Shown here: piece by piece, positions 41,416-54,780 of the stretch
How positions within the stretch are numbered: position 1 is the first letter of the stretch
Layout of the letters: each line of letters starts with the position of its first letter
NCBI GenBank assembly: GCA_951406725.2
Contig: OX597816.1
Location: 102,362,001 to 102,426,000 of the forward strand
Source of the DNA: Octopus vulgaris
Lineage: Eukaryota
Reading direction: 5' to 3'
Length of the DNA: 64,000 nt
The notes under the pieces: model-generated
Database searches by the model: none
What the model saw: only the letters and a program-made list of their open reading frames with translations
Told to the model about the DNA's origin: nothing
Made by a program: the position numbers and the translations under genes

Positions 41416-41437
41416 GCTGTCTGTTTAACTAGCCAGC

Positions 41438-41545
<108 letters not shown>

Positions 41546-41579
41546 CATACATATATACATACATACATACATACATACA

Positions 41580-41611
<32 letters not shown>

Positions 41612-41914
41612 CATACATACATACATACATATATATATGTAAATATAATTTATTATTAAAGCTGCAAAACATAAAAATGTACCACAAAAGCTGCTACTCA
41701 ATGTTTCGCGTTCCCGTTCGTCAGGTGGAAGCTATAAGGATTAACCCAAGAACTGAAAATTATAAAAGCAGTTATTATTAATTCAGATAAAGCAAGAAAC
41801 TTTATAACATAGATATTAATTTATGTCATAAATCATATATAAATAAATTACAAAAAAATATACTATAGTTCTTAATAGCACCCTTAAATAATAAATGCGC
41901 TCTTTTAAAATTTC

Positions 41915-42114
41915 TATGGCGTATGTGTTCCCCAGCTGGACGGGACGCCAGTCCATCGCTGCGTTACTCATTTTTGCCTGCTGAGTGAACTGGAGCAACG
42001 TGAAATGAAGTGTTTTGCTCAAGAACACAACGCGTCACCCGGTCCAGGAATCGAAACCACAATCTTACGTTCATGATGCTGATACCCCTAACCACTAACC
42101 CAACGCGCCTCCAC
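41915..42114 (-). mobile_element. SINE family D
   Basis: Minus strand tgtggaggcgcgttgggttagtggttaggg..ggtttcgattcctgg..gtgttcttgagcaaaacac..ctcagc..aaatgagta. Confidence 0.8.
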
Positions 42115-42119
42115 AATAG

Positions 42120-42335
42120 TATCTTTAGATAGATTAATCTAGAGGCTAAAAAAATTATGGAAAATTATAATATAGACGATAAAACAGAACTATTAATACT
42201 TTGTAGACCACGGATTACACTTAAAGATCATGAGGAGAATTTTCATAATGATACAAAAGGTTAGATTAATCTGTCCTAATAAATATGATTTATGTAAACT
42301 TAGCAAGATAATTTTAAATAAATATATACCGATCT
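42120..42335 (+). mobile_element. PLE RT N-terminal fragment
   Basis: INLEAKKIMENYNIDDK..RITLKDHEENF..VRLICPNK..LSKIILNK. Confidence 0.7.
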
Positions 42336-43390
42336 TGAAAAATGACGGGAACCCTCATCATCGTAACCGACGGAGTGCCACGACATATCCATACATAAAT
42401 CGTTCTCATATGCGAATGCAAGTAAATAGCTTATAAGCTATGGTATTCAGTTCAAAACTTGTGCAAATGTGTGTATGTACGCGCGTGGTAATGGAGTGTG
42501 AGAACGGAGAGAGAAGAAGGTCTCGGCCAGATGAGAATAAATTTATGCTTACATTCACACATTGGTCAATCCCTTCATTTCTTCTGCGGCCTACATCGAC
42601 TATTTTATTAACGATAGTATTTTTGCTGTCGTTTGATGATTGTGTTGATGTTGATAATGATAATGATGATGCGATGTTCTAGTGATATTAGTGCCGTTGT
42701 GGTTGTTGTTGTTTAATTCTTGGTCACTCCTCATCCAAATAGGTTATGATAAAAGGCAACATTTCCCACCAACCCTTTTATTCTTAGGGGACTCTTGAGT
42801 TACATTCCACGTCTCAGGGATTCTCGAAGAAATGAGTATTCTTACACACACACGCGCGCCTACAGACAGACAGATAGACACACACATACACACACACACA
42901 CACACACAAACACGCATGTATGTATGTATATGTTTTCGCTTTAATAAATATTAGATATCATAAGAGATTATACAAATCATAAAACTGTCTTTGAATAGTT
43001 TGTCAGTGCTAATTCCATATGGCACCACTAAAAAGGTTTTAAGAGATTTCATCTGAACCAAGGCTATGTTGAGACAAAATTCCCTTGCGATTCCCAAGAG
43101 GTAATTTTTTCCTCGTGAAATCTTCGTACTAGAGAGATGCCCGCATTTCTAATATATGGTGTATAATAAAATTAAGAATATAGAACGGCACAAAAATTAC
43201 TCAAAAATGCATTTGTATATTATAAACACCGTTAATATTATTTCACAGGGAACAAGAAACGTTTCGTCGTAGATCTCTACAATTCCCATGAACTTCAGTT
43301 CGAAAACGCTGATGTAAGATGTTGTTTTGTCCATCCTCATCTGTTTTCTATGTACAAAGGGACTGCATTTTCCAATGAGTAAATTCATTA

Positions 43391-44281
43391 CAGGGTGTTC
43401 AGGCTAAATTCCATTGTTTGTATACAAGGAAAATATCCCAACTAAATATATTCCATCAAAAATAAAGTATTTAAAAAAAATCAAGAAATATCAACTAGAT
43501 TATGGCTGCGAGATGAGAGTTTAATCAAAGTATCTTCCACCTTGACCTTAAGGCGGCTCCAGAACCTGGCGCATGCGTTCCTCACTGTGGTCCCTGGGAA
43601 GATCTTCAAACACTTCCTTTACTTTGGCCACCAGCTCGGCCTTAGTGTTGCAGAGTCGTTTGTTGTCTTTCTCAACCGCACCTCACACATATCTATCCAT
43701 GGGATTACACTCAAGGGAATTAGGAGGCCAGAAACTGGGGCTGGTGAAGTTGTAGTAATTCTCTGAGAAACACTTCTGATTCCTTGCCATAACTCTTTCC
43801 AGAGGTATGACAAGGATCCGAATGTTGCTGCCACACATTTGGCTTTCCAGCAGCAACCTTCTCCAACCAGGGTTTGACCACAGTCTCCAGCAGTTTGAGC
43901 CAAAGACCTTATTCCTGCAGATAGTTGAATGAATTCTGGCGTGCTGACGCAGTCAGAATGCTTACTGTGTCCCTTGCTGTTGACCACGGTTTCGTAGTCT
44001 TTTTTTGCAGCTGTTCGAGTGATGTCTTATAGCCTTTACTGTGTCCATAGAGCATTGAGCTGCACCCACGATTTTGACATTTTGATAACCGGCGCAAATC
44101 CTCATGATACAGGTAACTCTTTTCCAATATTCAAATACTTCACAGTCCTTCATGTCAACTAATTTTTTCTCATCTACAACTTCAATATTCATGCTCTTCA
44201 AAACCATTGTCTGTTCACCAATACATCATGCTGTTCCTGTAAAAAGGGAGAAAAAATTATCAAATTTAGCCCAACTCTCTG
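43391..44281 (-). mobile_element. Tc1/mariner-superfamily deletion derivative, copy 1
   Basis: TA flanks; TIRs cagggtgttcaggctaaatt / aatttagcccaactctctg; ENYYNFTSPSFWPPNSLECNPMDRYV*GAVEK. Confidence 0.85.
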
Positions 44282-45072
44282 TATTTAAGCTAGTGGAGTG
44301 TAATTTGAAGGATACCCTCTTTTTTTAAAATGTTTTTATTTGTTTAGGAAAAGGCAATATCCATGGCCTGTTGCAAGGTCCTCGAGATAGAAGGGGAAGG
44401 AGAAAGATGTCCTTACATTGAAGAAACCAGATCTGCAATTTTGCAACAGAGAATAGTCTGTTAAAAGCATCGTTAAGCAGTGGTGCTAAACCGGGAGGCG
44501 AGTTGTGTCTACTACCTGTGTAGGCTATTGCGGGATTAGAACGCAGAATGCAAATAGTCAGAACAAATACCGCAAATTATCCAATCCGATGTTCTTACGT
44601 CTACCGCTTTGGATTAGTTCTTTTTAATCGACCCCGATGACAGGCAAAATTGATCTCATTTGGATTTGATCTCAGAGCGCAGATGACGGAACAAATACCG
44701 TGAAGTATTGTATCTGATGCTCTGTCTGCAAGCGCGAGCGCGTGTGTGGCTGTTGTTTCTAGCAAGTCAACTGACTGCGTACATTCTTTTACAATATTAT
44801 GTGGATACGCGTGACATCGGGGTTAGGGGTGTCGAGCTTACATTAAGTTGTGGATTCGGGCTGTGCATTGTGCTCCTGAGCAACACACCTCATTTCACGT
44901 AGCTTCAATACACACTACGGTAAATATGATTAATAAATTTTCACTCTACTTACAGTATAGTTCTATCATCAATAGACGTATGCTAATAAGAATTTTTATT
45001 AACTAACACTAAACGTTATTATATATATATCTGTAAATGTAATATGTGACAATTATTCAGTAGCTATGATAA

Positions 45073-45117
45073 GCTTTGTGACTGGATTTGGTAGACGGAA
45101 ACTGAAAGAAGCCCGTC

Positions 45118-45161
<44 letters not shown>

Positions 45162-45373
45162 TTGTGTGTCGGTGTTTGTTCCCCCACCATCGCTTTACAA
45201 CCCATGCTGGTGTGTTTACGTCCCCGTAACTTAGCGGTTGGCAAAAGAGACCGATAAAATGAGTACTAGGCTTACAAAGAATAAGTCCTGGGATTGATTT
45301 GTTCGACTGAAGGCGGTGCTCCAGTATGACTGTAGTCAAATGACTTAAACAAAAGAATAAAAGAGTAAAAGAA
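45073..45373 (+). mobile_element. SINE family C, 5'-truncated, with internal (TA)n
   Basis: Homologous to 10290-10677. Confidence 0.85.
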
Positions 45374-45390
45374 TATCTAGATCTTAATGC

Positions 45391-45436
<46 letters not shown>

Positions 45437-45619
45437 ACGCATGTATGTATTATATATGTACGTATGTATACACACACATACACACACACACATACACTCA
45501 CGCAAACACACGCATGCACACACACATAGATGTGAGTGTATATACGAAAATATTCATTTGCGCATACAAACACATACGCATATATACAAATATATATATA
45601 TCGAGTAATGTAACATATT

Positions 45620-45676
<57 letters not shown>

Positions 45677-46554
45677 CCTTATAAATACATGCTCGCATAT
45701 GTTCACGCACACACTTGCCCCTCACCTCCATATATTTCTGATCACTCAACTAACTTTGACTAATCAAATCGAATGCGACATAGCGAAATAAACATTCCTC
45801 GCTCAGCTGACCTGCCATATGTGATGAAACCGTCCACCATTTGTCAATGTATCACGTGACCTGCTTAGCCTACTGAAACGCAGACGATAACCTCCGTCTA
45901 CTTAATCTTGTAAATAATTCGGCCAATAAAACTTCATATTTATGATCCGTGTTCGGTGACTCGGTGTGTCTGTCTGTTTGTCTGCCTCTATTTTATTTTT
46001 CATTTCTTATTTATTTGTTCAGTGGAATTTCCAGTTCTTAATCAAATATCATCGATGAAATAAAGAATGAGTGAGTGATTGAGCGAATGGCAGGCTGAAT
46101 ATAAAATAACAAAACAAACAAACTAACAAATAAATAAATTGTCAATATGAAACTATCTCATAACCAGGCGACCATGTTTGATTTGAAAATACACCACACA
46201 CACACACACGCACAGAGGCAAACATATACACATGTATCCTCCCCGATTTTTATTTTTACTTTTGTTGTTTAATCTCATTCGTGCTCATCCCATTTCTTTT
46301 TTAAAGATATAGTAAACCTAGGACTAAATTATCCAATGGCTCCTTTTTCTTGCGTGTTTTTTGAAAATATATTGAAAGTCAAGGGTGTGATTTAAGAGAG
46401 AATTGGAGGCTAATTCTCGTAGGCCAAGCTACCTGATAGAGGTTAACGCACTGTGATAGAATTGATTGTGTTTAACTGTATTCCTATAAATAAGAATAGC
46501 CGAGAAGAAAAAGTTCCTGGAGACATCTTCTGCATGAAAACTCAGTAGCTAAGT

Positions 46555-49095
46555 TGGCATTAGTCTACTTGATGTAGCGTTTGGGGTTCAAATCACATCG
46601 CGGTCGACTTAATCTTTCATTCTTTCAGGGTCAGGAAAAAAAAAACCAATCAAGTTCTGGAGTAATTGGTATCGTCTAAATTTTTCCCCCAACGAAACTG
46701 CTGACCCTGTGCCTAAATCAGAGACAATTATTTAAAGACGGGAGTTGGCAGAAATATAAAAAGTTTTTTTAAAATCCCGCGTACTATTTATTCGGCCCTT
46801 TAAGTGCTGAGTTCGAATCCTGCCGAGGTCAACTTTGCTTTTCAACCTTCTGTGTTCATGAAATAAAATATCGTTCAAGTACTGGTATCGACTTACCACT
46901 CCCTTCAAAATTGCCGGCGATGAGCCAATTACCAGAAACAATTAATTCTCCTCCTTCTCCTCCTTTCCATGTTACTACTACTACTACTACTACTACTATA
47001 GCGAGCAGTGGTAGGTTTGCAGAAAATCAGTCCTGATGGATTTGAACTCAACCTAAATGGACGAAGTCAATATTTGTTTTTTTTTTTGCAGGTTCGACTT
47101 TGCCTTTTATCCTCATGGAGAGTGGGAGTATCAATAAACTAAAATGTGCATCAGAAACTGAAGAGTGGTGTGTGTGTGGGTGTCAATCTCAGTCGACTAA
47201 TACCCTCAGCTAAAATGTGTACCTTGGAACGTCAGAAGAATGTCCTGTGGAATTTACTCCAGCTTTATAAGTTCTGGGTTCAAATCCCGCTAAAGTTAAC
47301 TTTGTTTTTCACTTTTCAGGCTCGATAAAATAAAGTAACAGTCAAGAACGGGGGTTAATGGAGTCGGCTTATGCTTAAATCAGAAATCATTATTATAAAA
47401 AAAAGCAGTAAGTTGTAGAATGGATGGAATAACGGACAAGTTGCATTGTGATATCTAGTTACATCCTTTTATATTATGCTATCGAAGGATACTGAAGATG
47501 ACCTTATGTGGTCGCTAAATCTGCTAGAAATAGCAAATATATCTTCCCCAAATCACGTTCCACTGTATTAAAGAAAAGGATATATTAGATAATGGAGACC
47601 TGGATTGCTCACTGCACATAGCTCTGTAGTATGATCAGGGCTGTCAAGCCTTCGACTATAGGTTTGCTCTGTCGTGATCGACCCGGGTTAAAATAACAAA
47701 CAGCCACAACACCAATCAGTCTTTAACTTATGAAATTCCACCGGGTTTAACAATACTTTGTCTCCATTTGAATATCAATGGAATAATATAGGTTTCAAAT
47801 TTCGACATAAGGCCAGCAATTTCGTGGGAGCGGGTAAGTCTATTACATCGACCCCAGTGCTTAATTGCTGCTTATTTTATCGACCCCGAAAGGGTGAAAG
47901 GCAAAGTCGACATCAGCGGAATTTAAACTCAGGACGTAAAGACGGATGGAATGCCATTAAGCATTTTGTTCGGCGTGCTAGCGATACTGCCAGCTCGCCA
48001 CCTTAATAAGTGCTAATATTAACAGTGGGGTTAAGGCGGGGAGCTGGCAGAAACGTTAGCACGCCGGGGAAAATGCTTAGCGACATTTCGTCTGTCTTTA
48101 CGTCCTGAGTTCAAATTCCGCCGGGGTCGACTTTGCCTTTCATCCTTTCGAGCACTGGGGTCGATGTAATTGACTTACTCACTTCTGCGAAATCGAGGTC
48201 GATAAAATAAATGTCAGTTGAGTATCGGGGTCGATGTAATCGACTTACTTACTCCCCGAAATTGCTGGACGTCTACCGAAATTTGAAATCAATATTGATA
48301 GTGAAGTCAGTCTTATCGACTTCACGTGTCCTATCCAAGTCGTGGCTTTATCTCTGAACTGATTATCACGAATACCGGGAATCGAATATATCGTTTGTAC
48401 ACAACCTCTCACTAAATTTCTAGTATATATTATTTATTGCTGGTACTTATTAAATGTACTTATTTTTGACAGCGGGAAAAGATCGACCCCGGCGCAATTT
48501 GAACCCAGCATGTAAACATATGAAATACTGCAAAGCATTTTGTTTGACGATCTAGTGAGTCTATAACCACCCATCCATGTAATGAGATATTATAATACAC
48601 AGGTAATAATGCAACAAAGTATGGTGGCACTTGATAATACGCATACACTATAGGAATAATAATAATGGTTTCAAATTTTGGCACGAGGCCAGCAATTCCA
48701 TGGAAAGGAGTAAGTCGATTACATCGATCCTCGTGCTCAACTAGTACTTATGATACCGACCTCAATAGGAAGAAAAGCAAAATCGACCCCGGCTAAGCAT
48801 TTTTTTCCGGTGTGCTAACAATTCTGCCAGCTCGTCGCATTAAGGTGTAATTATAATAATATTGGCTTCTAACATATTTAGACTTATCCCCTAATATACA
48901 TATAATAATAATAAATAATATAATAAAGCGGCAATAATTATTTCTAACATAGATACATGGTCAGAAATTTAGTAGGATGAGGATAGACGGTTATATCGAT
49001 CCCGAGTACTTGAGTCATACATTATTTATCATTCTTGGAAGGATGAAAGACAAAGTCGACCACGATGTGATTTGAACCCAAAACATATTCGGCCG
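46555..49095. mobile_element. Cluster of SINE family A copies in both orientations (e.g. 46735-46940 +, 47790-48005 -, 48032-48290 +, 48665-48845 -, 48940-49090 -)
   Basis: Repeated homology to the family A consensus. Confidence 0.8.
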
Positions 49096-49139
49096 TAACT
49101 AATTGCCATCTACTACATGCTCTTGCTAAAAGAACTTCC

Positions 49140-49300
49140 CAGAAACATACTTGAAACCAACATTAACATCCGTCTGTACAAGACTATCATCGTACTAACA
49201 TACTATAAATGCTAGGAAAACGTGGAAGTAAAAAGCGAAAATCACCAAAATATTGAAAACCTTTTATCAAAGATGCTTGAGAAGACTCATGAGAAATGAT
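49140..49300 (+). mobile_element. RTE-like LINE fragment
   Basis: INIRLYKTIIVLT..ETW..KILKTFYQRCLRRLM. Confidence 0.6.
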
Positions 49301-49904
49301 ATAAGATGCTATTTTAAAATAAAATACAAGTATGGATAACATAATATGTGTTTTATATAGCTATCGTGATTCTTCCACGATGTAATTGTTTCAGTTTTAA
49401 TGTAGTCTCTCAGATGAAGTCAATATTATGTTTTTTTAGTTATATATATTTTCTTATTATTTAGTTTGTGGAGAAGAGGCCTCAATCCTAACATTTTGCA
49501 TCTAGTGATGAGGTCGATGAATTTGATGTTTGTGCATCAGTCTGCTATATATTGATGTTTATAAATAAAATGTATTCAGAGGAGAAATTCTGGGAAATTG
49601 CACTTTGAAGAGGGGAGGATTAGGTAATATTTTTAAGGGCGTGATTTGATGCAGCGTGAGACACAGTAGCAATGGTGGGAGAAAGGAAGGTGAGAGTATC
49701 GGTTGGGCTTGAAGGAAGGTGATAGGCGGCTTCTTCGTTCAGAGCATCAGAAGCCGTTATAGTTACGGAAAAGGAGGCATACACTGAAGAAACAGTACAT
49801 CGTAGCATGTTGATGATTCGGGCTTTACCAATCAGTCGGAGTCCTTTTTTAAAGAAGGAAGTGGTCTAGTATGATAGCGTGTGTAGCAGCACTATTCTAA
49901 ATTC

Positions 49905-50200
49905 GGACTCCGTCGGTTACGACGACTAAAGTTCCAGTTGATCTGGTCAACAGAATAACCTACTCGTGAAGTTAACGCGCAAGTAGGCTGAGCAATCCAC
50001 AGATACATGTACACTTAATGTAGTTCTCAGAGAAATTTGGTGTGACAGAATGTGACAAGGCTGGCCCTTTGAAATATAGGTACTTCTCATTTTTGTCAGA
50101 TGTGCGGACTGTAACAAGGTGAAATAAGGCGTTTTGCTTAAAGACACAAGGCGCCGCTGAGAATCGAACTCATGACCATACGATCATAAACTGAAAGCCC
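49905..50200 (-). mobile_element. SINE family D-related, long-tail variant
   Basis: Homologous to 62615-62915. Confidence 0.75.
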
Positions 50201-50374
50201 AAAGTACTTTACCATTCCAGATATACGGACGGTGCTCCAGATATCTGGGATCTCGTTCAGAGAAGCTGTTGTTTCATCAGAAGAGACAGGAATAAAATCG
50301 AGGGTACACAGTACATTCATTAGCTGGATGTCTGTAGTCACCATTTACAAAATAACAAAATTTATATATATTTT

Positions 50375-50600
50375 AATTACCCACAAGGGGCCAAACACAG
50401 AGGGGACAAACAAGGACAGACAAACGGATTAAGTCGATTACATCGTCCCCAGTGCGTAACTGATACTTAATTTTTCGACCCCAAAAGGATGAAAGGCAAA
50501 GTCGACCTCGGCGGAATTAGAACTCAAAATGTAACGGCAGACGAAATACGGCTACGCATTTCGCCCAGCGTGCTAACGTTTCTGCCAACTCGCCGCCCTA
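50375..50600 (-). mobile_element. SINE family A subfamily
   Basis: Homology to consensus; flanked by the direct repeat aaaataacaaaattt (probable TSD). Confidence 0.85.
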
Positions 50601-51292
50601 AAATAACAAAATTTTTATATATAATTAAATAAATTAATCGATCAATTTATAATTTGTTTATTAAATAAATCTCTATATCAAAAAGAAATTATTTCTGTAG
50701 ATTTCAAGTGTCTTGACTCCAACTGAATGCGTTAACTTTTCGAGGGTACTCGTAAAATATGTAGTTTTTTTTTAAGTGGGGTGCTTCGTGGTTTACTTGA
50801 AACGAATGTCATGAATCTTTTTAAAGGAGTGCGTACTGAGATTTTCTATGGGTATTGTCATTTTTCAAGGGGATGTACTTTAAACTTTATGTAATATATT
50901 TTCATTACAAGTCGGGGGGATAACTGTGGAGTGTGTATGTGTGTTATGAGGGTAGGGGTGACGCTGCTCTCTTTAACGTCACAATATTGTTGATGTACAT
51001 TTGTCTGAACAGTTGCTGTTGTTAATATCGTTGCTGTTATTATTTATCGTGTCGCTGGTGGCAAAGCGGCGGTGATGAAGAGGTATAAGGAAGGTAATGG
51101 ACTCGTAAGAAATATTACCATAAACACTACTTTCTCCGCCACTTTCATATCATACCCTTTCACCTCGATTTCGCCGAATATTCTAATGAGCAGCGAGTGT
51201 TTCGCTTTACAGCTGCTTTCACGCAACAAAGGACTTTCTGTTCCTTACACATTAAAAATTCTGCCTCTCTGCTCGTCAGTCTGCCTATTCTC

Positions 51293-51411
51293 CCATCCAT
51301 CCATCCATCCATCCATCCATCCATCCATCCATCCATCCATCCATCCATCCATCCATCCATCCATCCATCCATCCATCCATCCATCCATCCATCCATCCAT
51401 CCATCCATCCA
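51293..51411. repeat. (CCAT)n microsatellite
   Basis: Directly visible. Confidence 0.97.
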
Positions 51412-51627
51412 TTCGTATGCTTCTTGCTCTATCTCTCTGTCTGTATGTTTCTATTTCAGTCAACCCATTTAACCATCAGTCAGTTTTCTACTTGTATGTA
51501 TGTTGACTTTTTGTCTACCAACAGTATGTATGTATGTATGTATGTATGTATGTATGTATGTATGTATGTATGTATGTATGTATGTATGTATGTATGTATG
51601 TATGTATGTATGTATGTATGTATGTAT

Positions 51628-51728
51628 GTCATTCAGTTTATTTCAAGATTTCTTGCCAATAGAGAAAGAACCGGTTTCTAACCTACATCCAAGGTTCCTT
51701 CATTGGAATTTCAACATCAACAACAGGG
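51628..51728 (-). mobile_element. Short 3'-terminal retroelement fragment with (CATA)n tail
   Basis: Reverse-complement homolog of 23365-23470. Confidence 0.65.
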
Positions 51729-51744
51729 TATTTTTCAGTTCTAT

Positions 51745-52345
51745 ATTTAAAAGATGAGGAATTATGTACATTATTTACATTCGACGGTTATTTGTCTTCA
51801 TCTTGTTTGTTGTTAACACAACGTTTCGGCTGATATAACCTCCAACCTTCTTCAGGTGTCCTGATGTCATATGGGCCGCATAGCTTTTGTATCTTTTCGG
51901 AGAGGCCTTTCACATTGGGTAGACAGACTGTGGACAGTTTATTGGCCTTATCCTCTCTCTTCTTCATAATTTGAGTGGATAGTATACTTTTGGGGTAGTT
52001 GTTGCTTAAAAGATCGTTATTGAGTTTGATCATTACTTTGTGGTGTGTACCACGATCGCTACTTATATTCTTTGCACGATGTTTTAGGCACTGAGCAATC
52101 TTTCTCTTTACACTGTATGGATGGTGGGAATTGAAGTTGAGGTATTGTCTAATAAAGGTCGGCTGGCGGTATACGGATGTCCTGAATCCATACTTGGTGC
52201 GTGTTTATTGAGGTCACATGATCTAACAGCACTTGGACATCTTCCTGTGGGGCCAGAGTATAAAGGTGTCAACATATCGCAGCCATAGGGTTGGTTTTAG
52301 TGGTGTTGAACCTAAAGCCAAATTCCATCGAATGTAAATAATGAA
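51745..52345 (-). mobile_element. PLE (Poseidon-like) RT fragment fused by deletion to its 3' end
   Basis: PTLWLRYVDTF..SVYRQPTFIRQYLNFNSHHP..CLKHRAKNI..NNYPK..LPNVKGLSEKIQKL; no GIY-YIG. Confidence 0.85.
51815..51860 (-). ncRNA. Minimal type I hammerhead ribozyme (canonical CUGAAGA core)
   Basis: Minus strand GACAC-CTGAAGA-A-GGTTGG-aggttata-TCAGCC-GAAA-CG-TT-GTGTT. Confidence 0.75.
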
Positions 52346-52434
52346 CAGGGTATTTTTGTGTGTGTGTATGTATGTATGTATGTATGTATGTATGTATGTA
52401 TGTATGTATGTATGTATGTATGTATGTATGTATG

Positions 52435-52860
52435 TGCAGACTTGTTTTTTTATGCATGTATTCTCATGCATATAGTTACATATCTAGATATGCTCATATA
52501 TATTTAAATGATAAACTTCTGGAAAGTTTTACAGATTTTTACAGTTCCAGTGATGGATTGAATCTGTAGTCTTCGAATTAGCTTTCTCCTTTCTTGTTTT
52601 TGAGAAACCTAATTTCTGTAGATTGGTATTTAGACAGTGTGTTACATATCTCAGAGCCCCAATAATTACAGGTATAAACCTGAACATGTAATTTGGGTAG
52701 AGTAACTGCAGATTTCTCAATAGTTCAGCATAGCTGCCCTTTTTTTCATTGATCTTCAGCTTTATGTTAACACCCGCTAGGCAGTTAATTTCTACAACTG
52801 TGCGCAGTTTCTCTTCTCAATCCCAAATCATTATATCAGGTCTGTTGTGCTTACATTTTT
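52435..52860 (-). mobile_element. RLE-type non-LTR retrotransposon 3' end between (CATA)n tracts
   Basis: KCKHNRPDIMIWD*EEKLRTVVEINC..LRNLQLLYPNYMFRFIPVIIGALRYV. Confidence 0.85.
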
Positions 52861-52964
52861 ATTGATGTATGTTTGTATGTATGTATGTATGTATGTATGT
52901 ATGTATGTATGTATGTATGTATGTATGTATGTGCGTATGTATGTATGCATGTGCGTATGTATGC

Positions 52965-53255
52965 AATTTTCTTCGAGTTTTGTTTAAGTTCTTCTTAAGA
53001 GGGTCCAATCTAGATGCTAACAAAGCGACAAGACTTTTTGAGTGAAGAGAGTTCCTGGTGTTTGAGAATATGTGGTTGAGTTTGTGTATTGGTTGAACTG
53101 CCGATGCACTCACCCAAGCGAGTGCATCTATTCCTCTAATGAATCTCAGATGGAGAATCTTTGGAATGCCTTACAAATCTTCACGGTGTCGCTAATATAT
53201 TGGATTTGGAGAATCCCAGTCAGTTTCTTTTTCTCTTTCTTCGGAAAGATTTTGT
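52965..53255 (-). mobile_element. RLE-type element 3' end with (CATA)n tail
   Basis: Homologous to 23700-23971. Confidence 0.75.
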
Positions 53256-53272
53256 ACGTATATAACCTAATA

Positions 53273-53563
53273 TAGTGCTCCTCAAATTATCTAATTTTTT
53301 TCTCAGTGAGCCAGGGACCGGTAATATTTCTTAGTAATATTGATTTATACCGGAAGCAATATATATATATAATGAATATAATAAAAGTTGACAATTTTTT
53401 AATCTTATATTTTGTAAACAAATACAATATTACATAAGCACTTTATAAGTATTTTATAAGCATTTAAAAATGTTTCTTTCTTTTCTGGAAATTCGCCGCG
53501 TACCGGCAGCTGATGGCTCGCAGACCGACATCGGTCCGCGGACCACCACTTTGAGTAGCACTA
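53273..53563. mobile_element. hAT-like MITE
   Basis: TIRs tagtgctcctcaaa / tttgagtagcacta; imperfect 8-bp TSD acctaata / gcctaatg. Confidence 0.75.
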
Positions 53564-53821
53564 GCCTAATGCACTTATAATGATAGGTACAAATGAAAAT
53601 TTATAGTCAGGGTAAAAAAAAAAACTGTAAGTTCCACATTAATTCACCATAAAGGTTCTCCTTTTCTTGTACGTTGATATCGCTGGGCATGAATGTATGT
53701 ATATTATAGCTTTATTTTCATAATTCATATCTCACCAATAGAGAAACAGCTGGTGCCCAACCCAGTAATAAAGCCTCTTTGTTAGTATTGGGACAAATTT
53801 CCCACGAATATATAGCCGTTG

Positions 53822-54035
53822 TAAGGCGGTGAGCTGGCAGAATCGTTAGCACACCGGGAAGAATGCTTAGCGGCATTTCGTCCGTCTTTACGTTCTGAGT
53901 TCAAATTCCGCTTAGGACGACTTTGCCTTTCACCCTTTCGGGGGTTGATAAAATTAGTAGCAGCTGAGCCCTGGGGTCGATGTAATTGACTAGCCTCCTT
54001 CCAGAAAGTTTCAGGCCTTGTTCCTATAGAAGAAA
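53822..54035 (+). mobile_element. SINE family A, near full length
   Basis: taaggcggtgagctggcagaatcg..gagttcaaattcc..gcctttcaccctttcgggg. Confidence 0.9.
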
Positions 54036-54110
54036 GGATATATATGTACCACACACATTACATACACTATACATACAAACATCATTCTCTCTATCTATCA
54101 CTCTCTCCCC

Positions 54111-54141
<31 letters not shown>

Positions 54142-54173
54142 CACACACATTACATACAATATACATATAAACA

Positions 54174-54223
<50 letters not shown>

Positions 54224-54274
54224 GTTACTATAAGGTGAGCAAAAATGTACGTATGCTTCTATATGTATATATAA

Positions 54275-54780
54275 ATATAAAAGATGGAGCAAAAACGCAA
54301 TGGAGGACAATAAAACATCCGGACAGATAGACGATACAAGGGCGGACAGGAAAAACAACAATTAGAGGGACATGAAAAAAAAAAGGACAAAGGTTTTTAT
54401 TTTATACATGCCAGCTCAATCTGATTCGTCTTCAGTCGAAAGACACCTGTTGTTATATTCTTATTGTTTGTACCTGTAATTGTGTACCATCTTCTCCGTT
54501 TTTTTTTGTCTTTGTCGTACTCATTCGCTAGCTTCCTTACAAGAAATATAATGCTCTTAGCTTAGACTTTTCTGGAGGCAACCAGATCGAACAGTCTCAA
54601 GAGTAACTACCTGAAACTGTAAGGACATCTGGTAACTTGACTGATGAAAGAAGGCCACGAATGTCCCGTCCTTTTTTTTCCCCGTCCCTCCAATTGTTGT
54701 TTTTCCTGTCTGCCTTTGTATCGTCTATCTAACCGAATGTTTTATTGTCCTCTATTGCACTTTTGTTCCGTTTATATATA
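54275..54780. repeat. Foldback element with about 115-bp inverted arms
   Basis: gaggacaataaaacatccgg..gatagacgatacaa..gacaggaaaaacaacaatt mirrored by aattgttgtttttcctgtc..ttgtatcgtctatc..atgttttattgtcctc. Confidence 0.8.
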
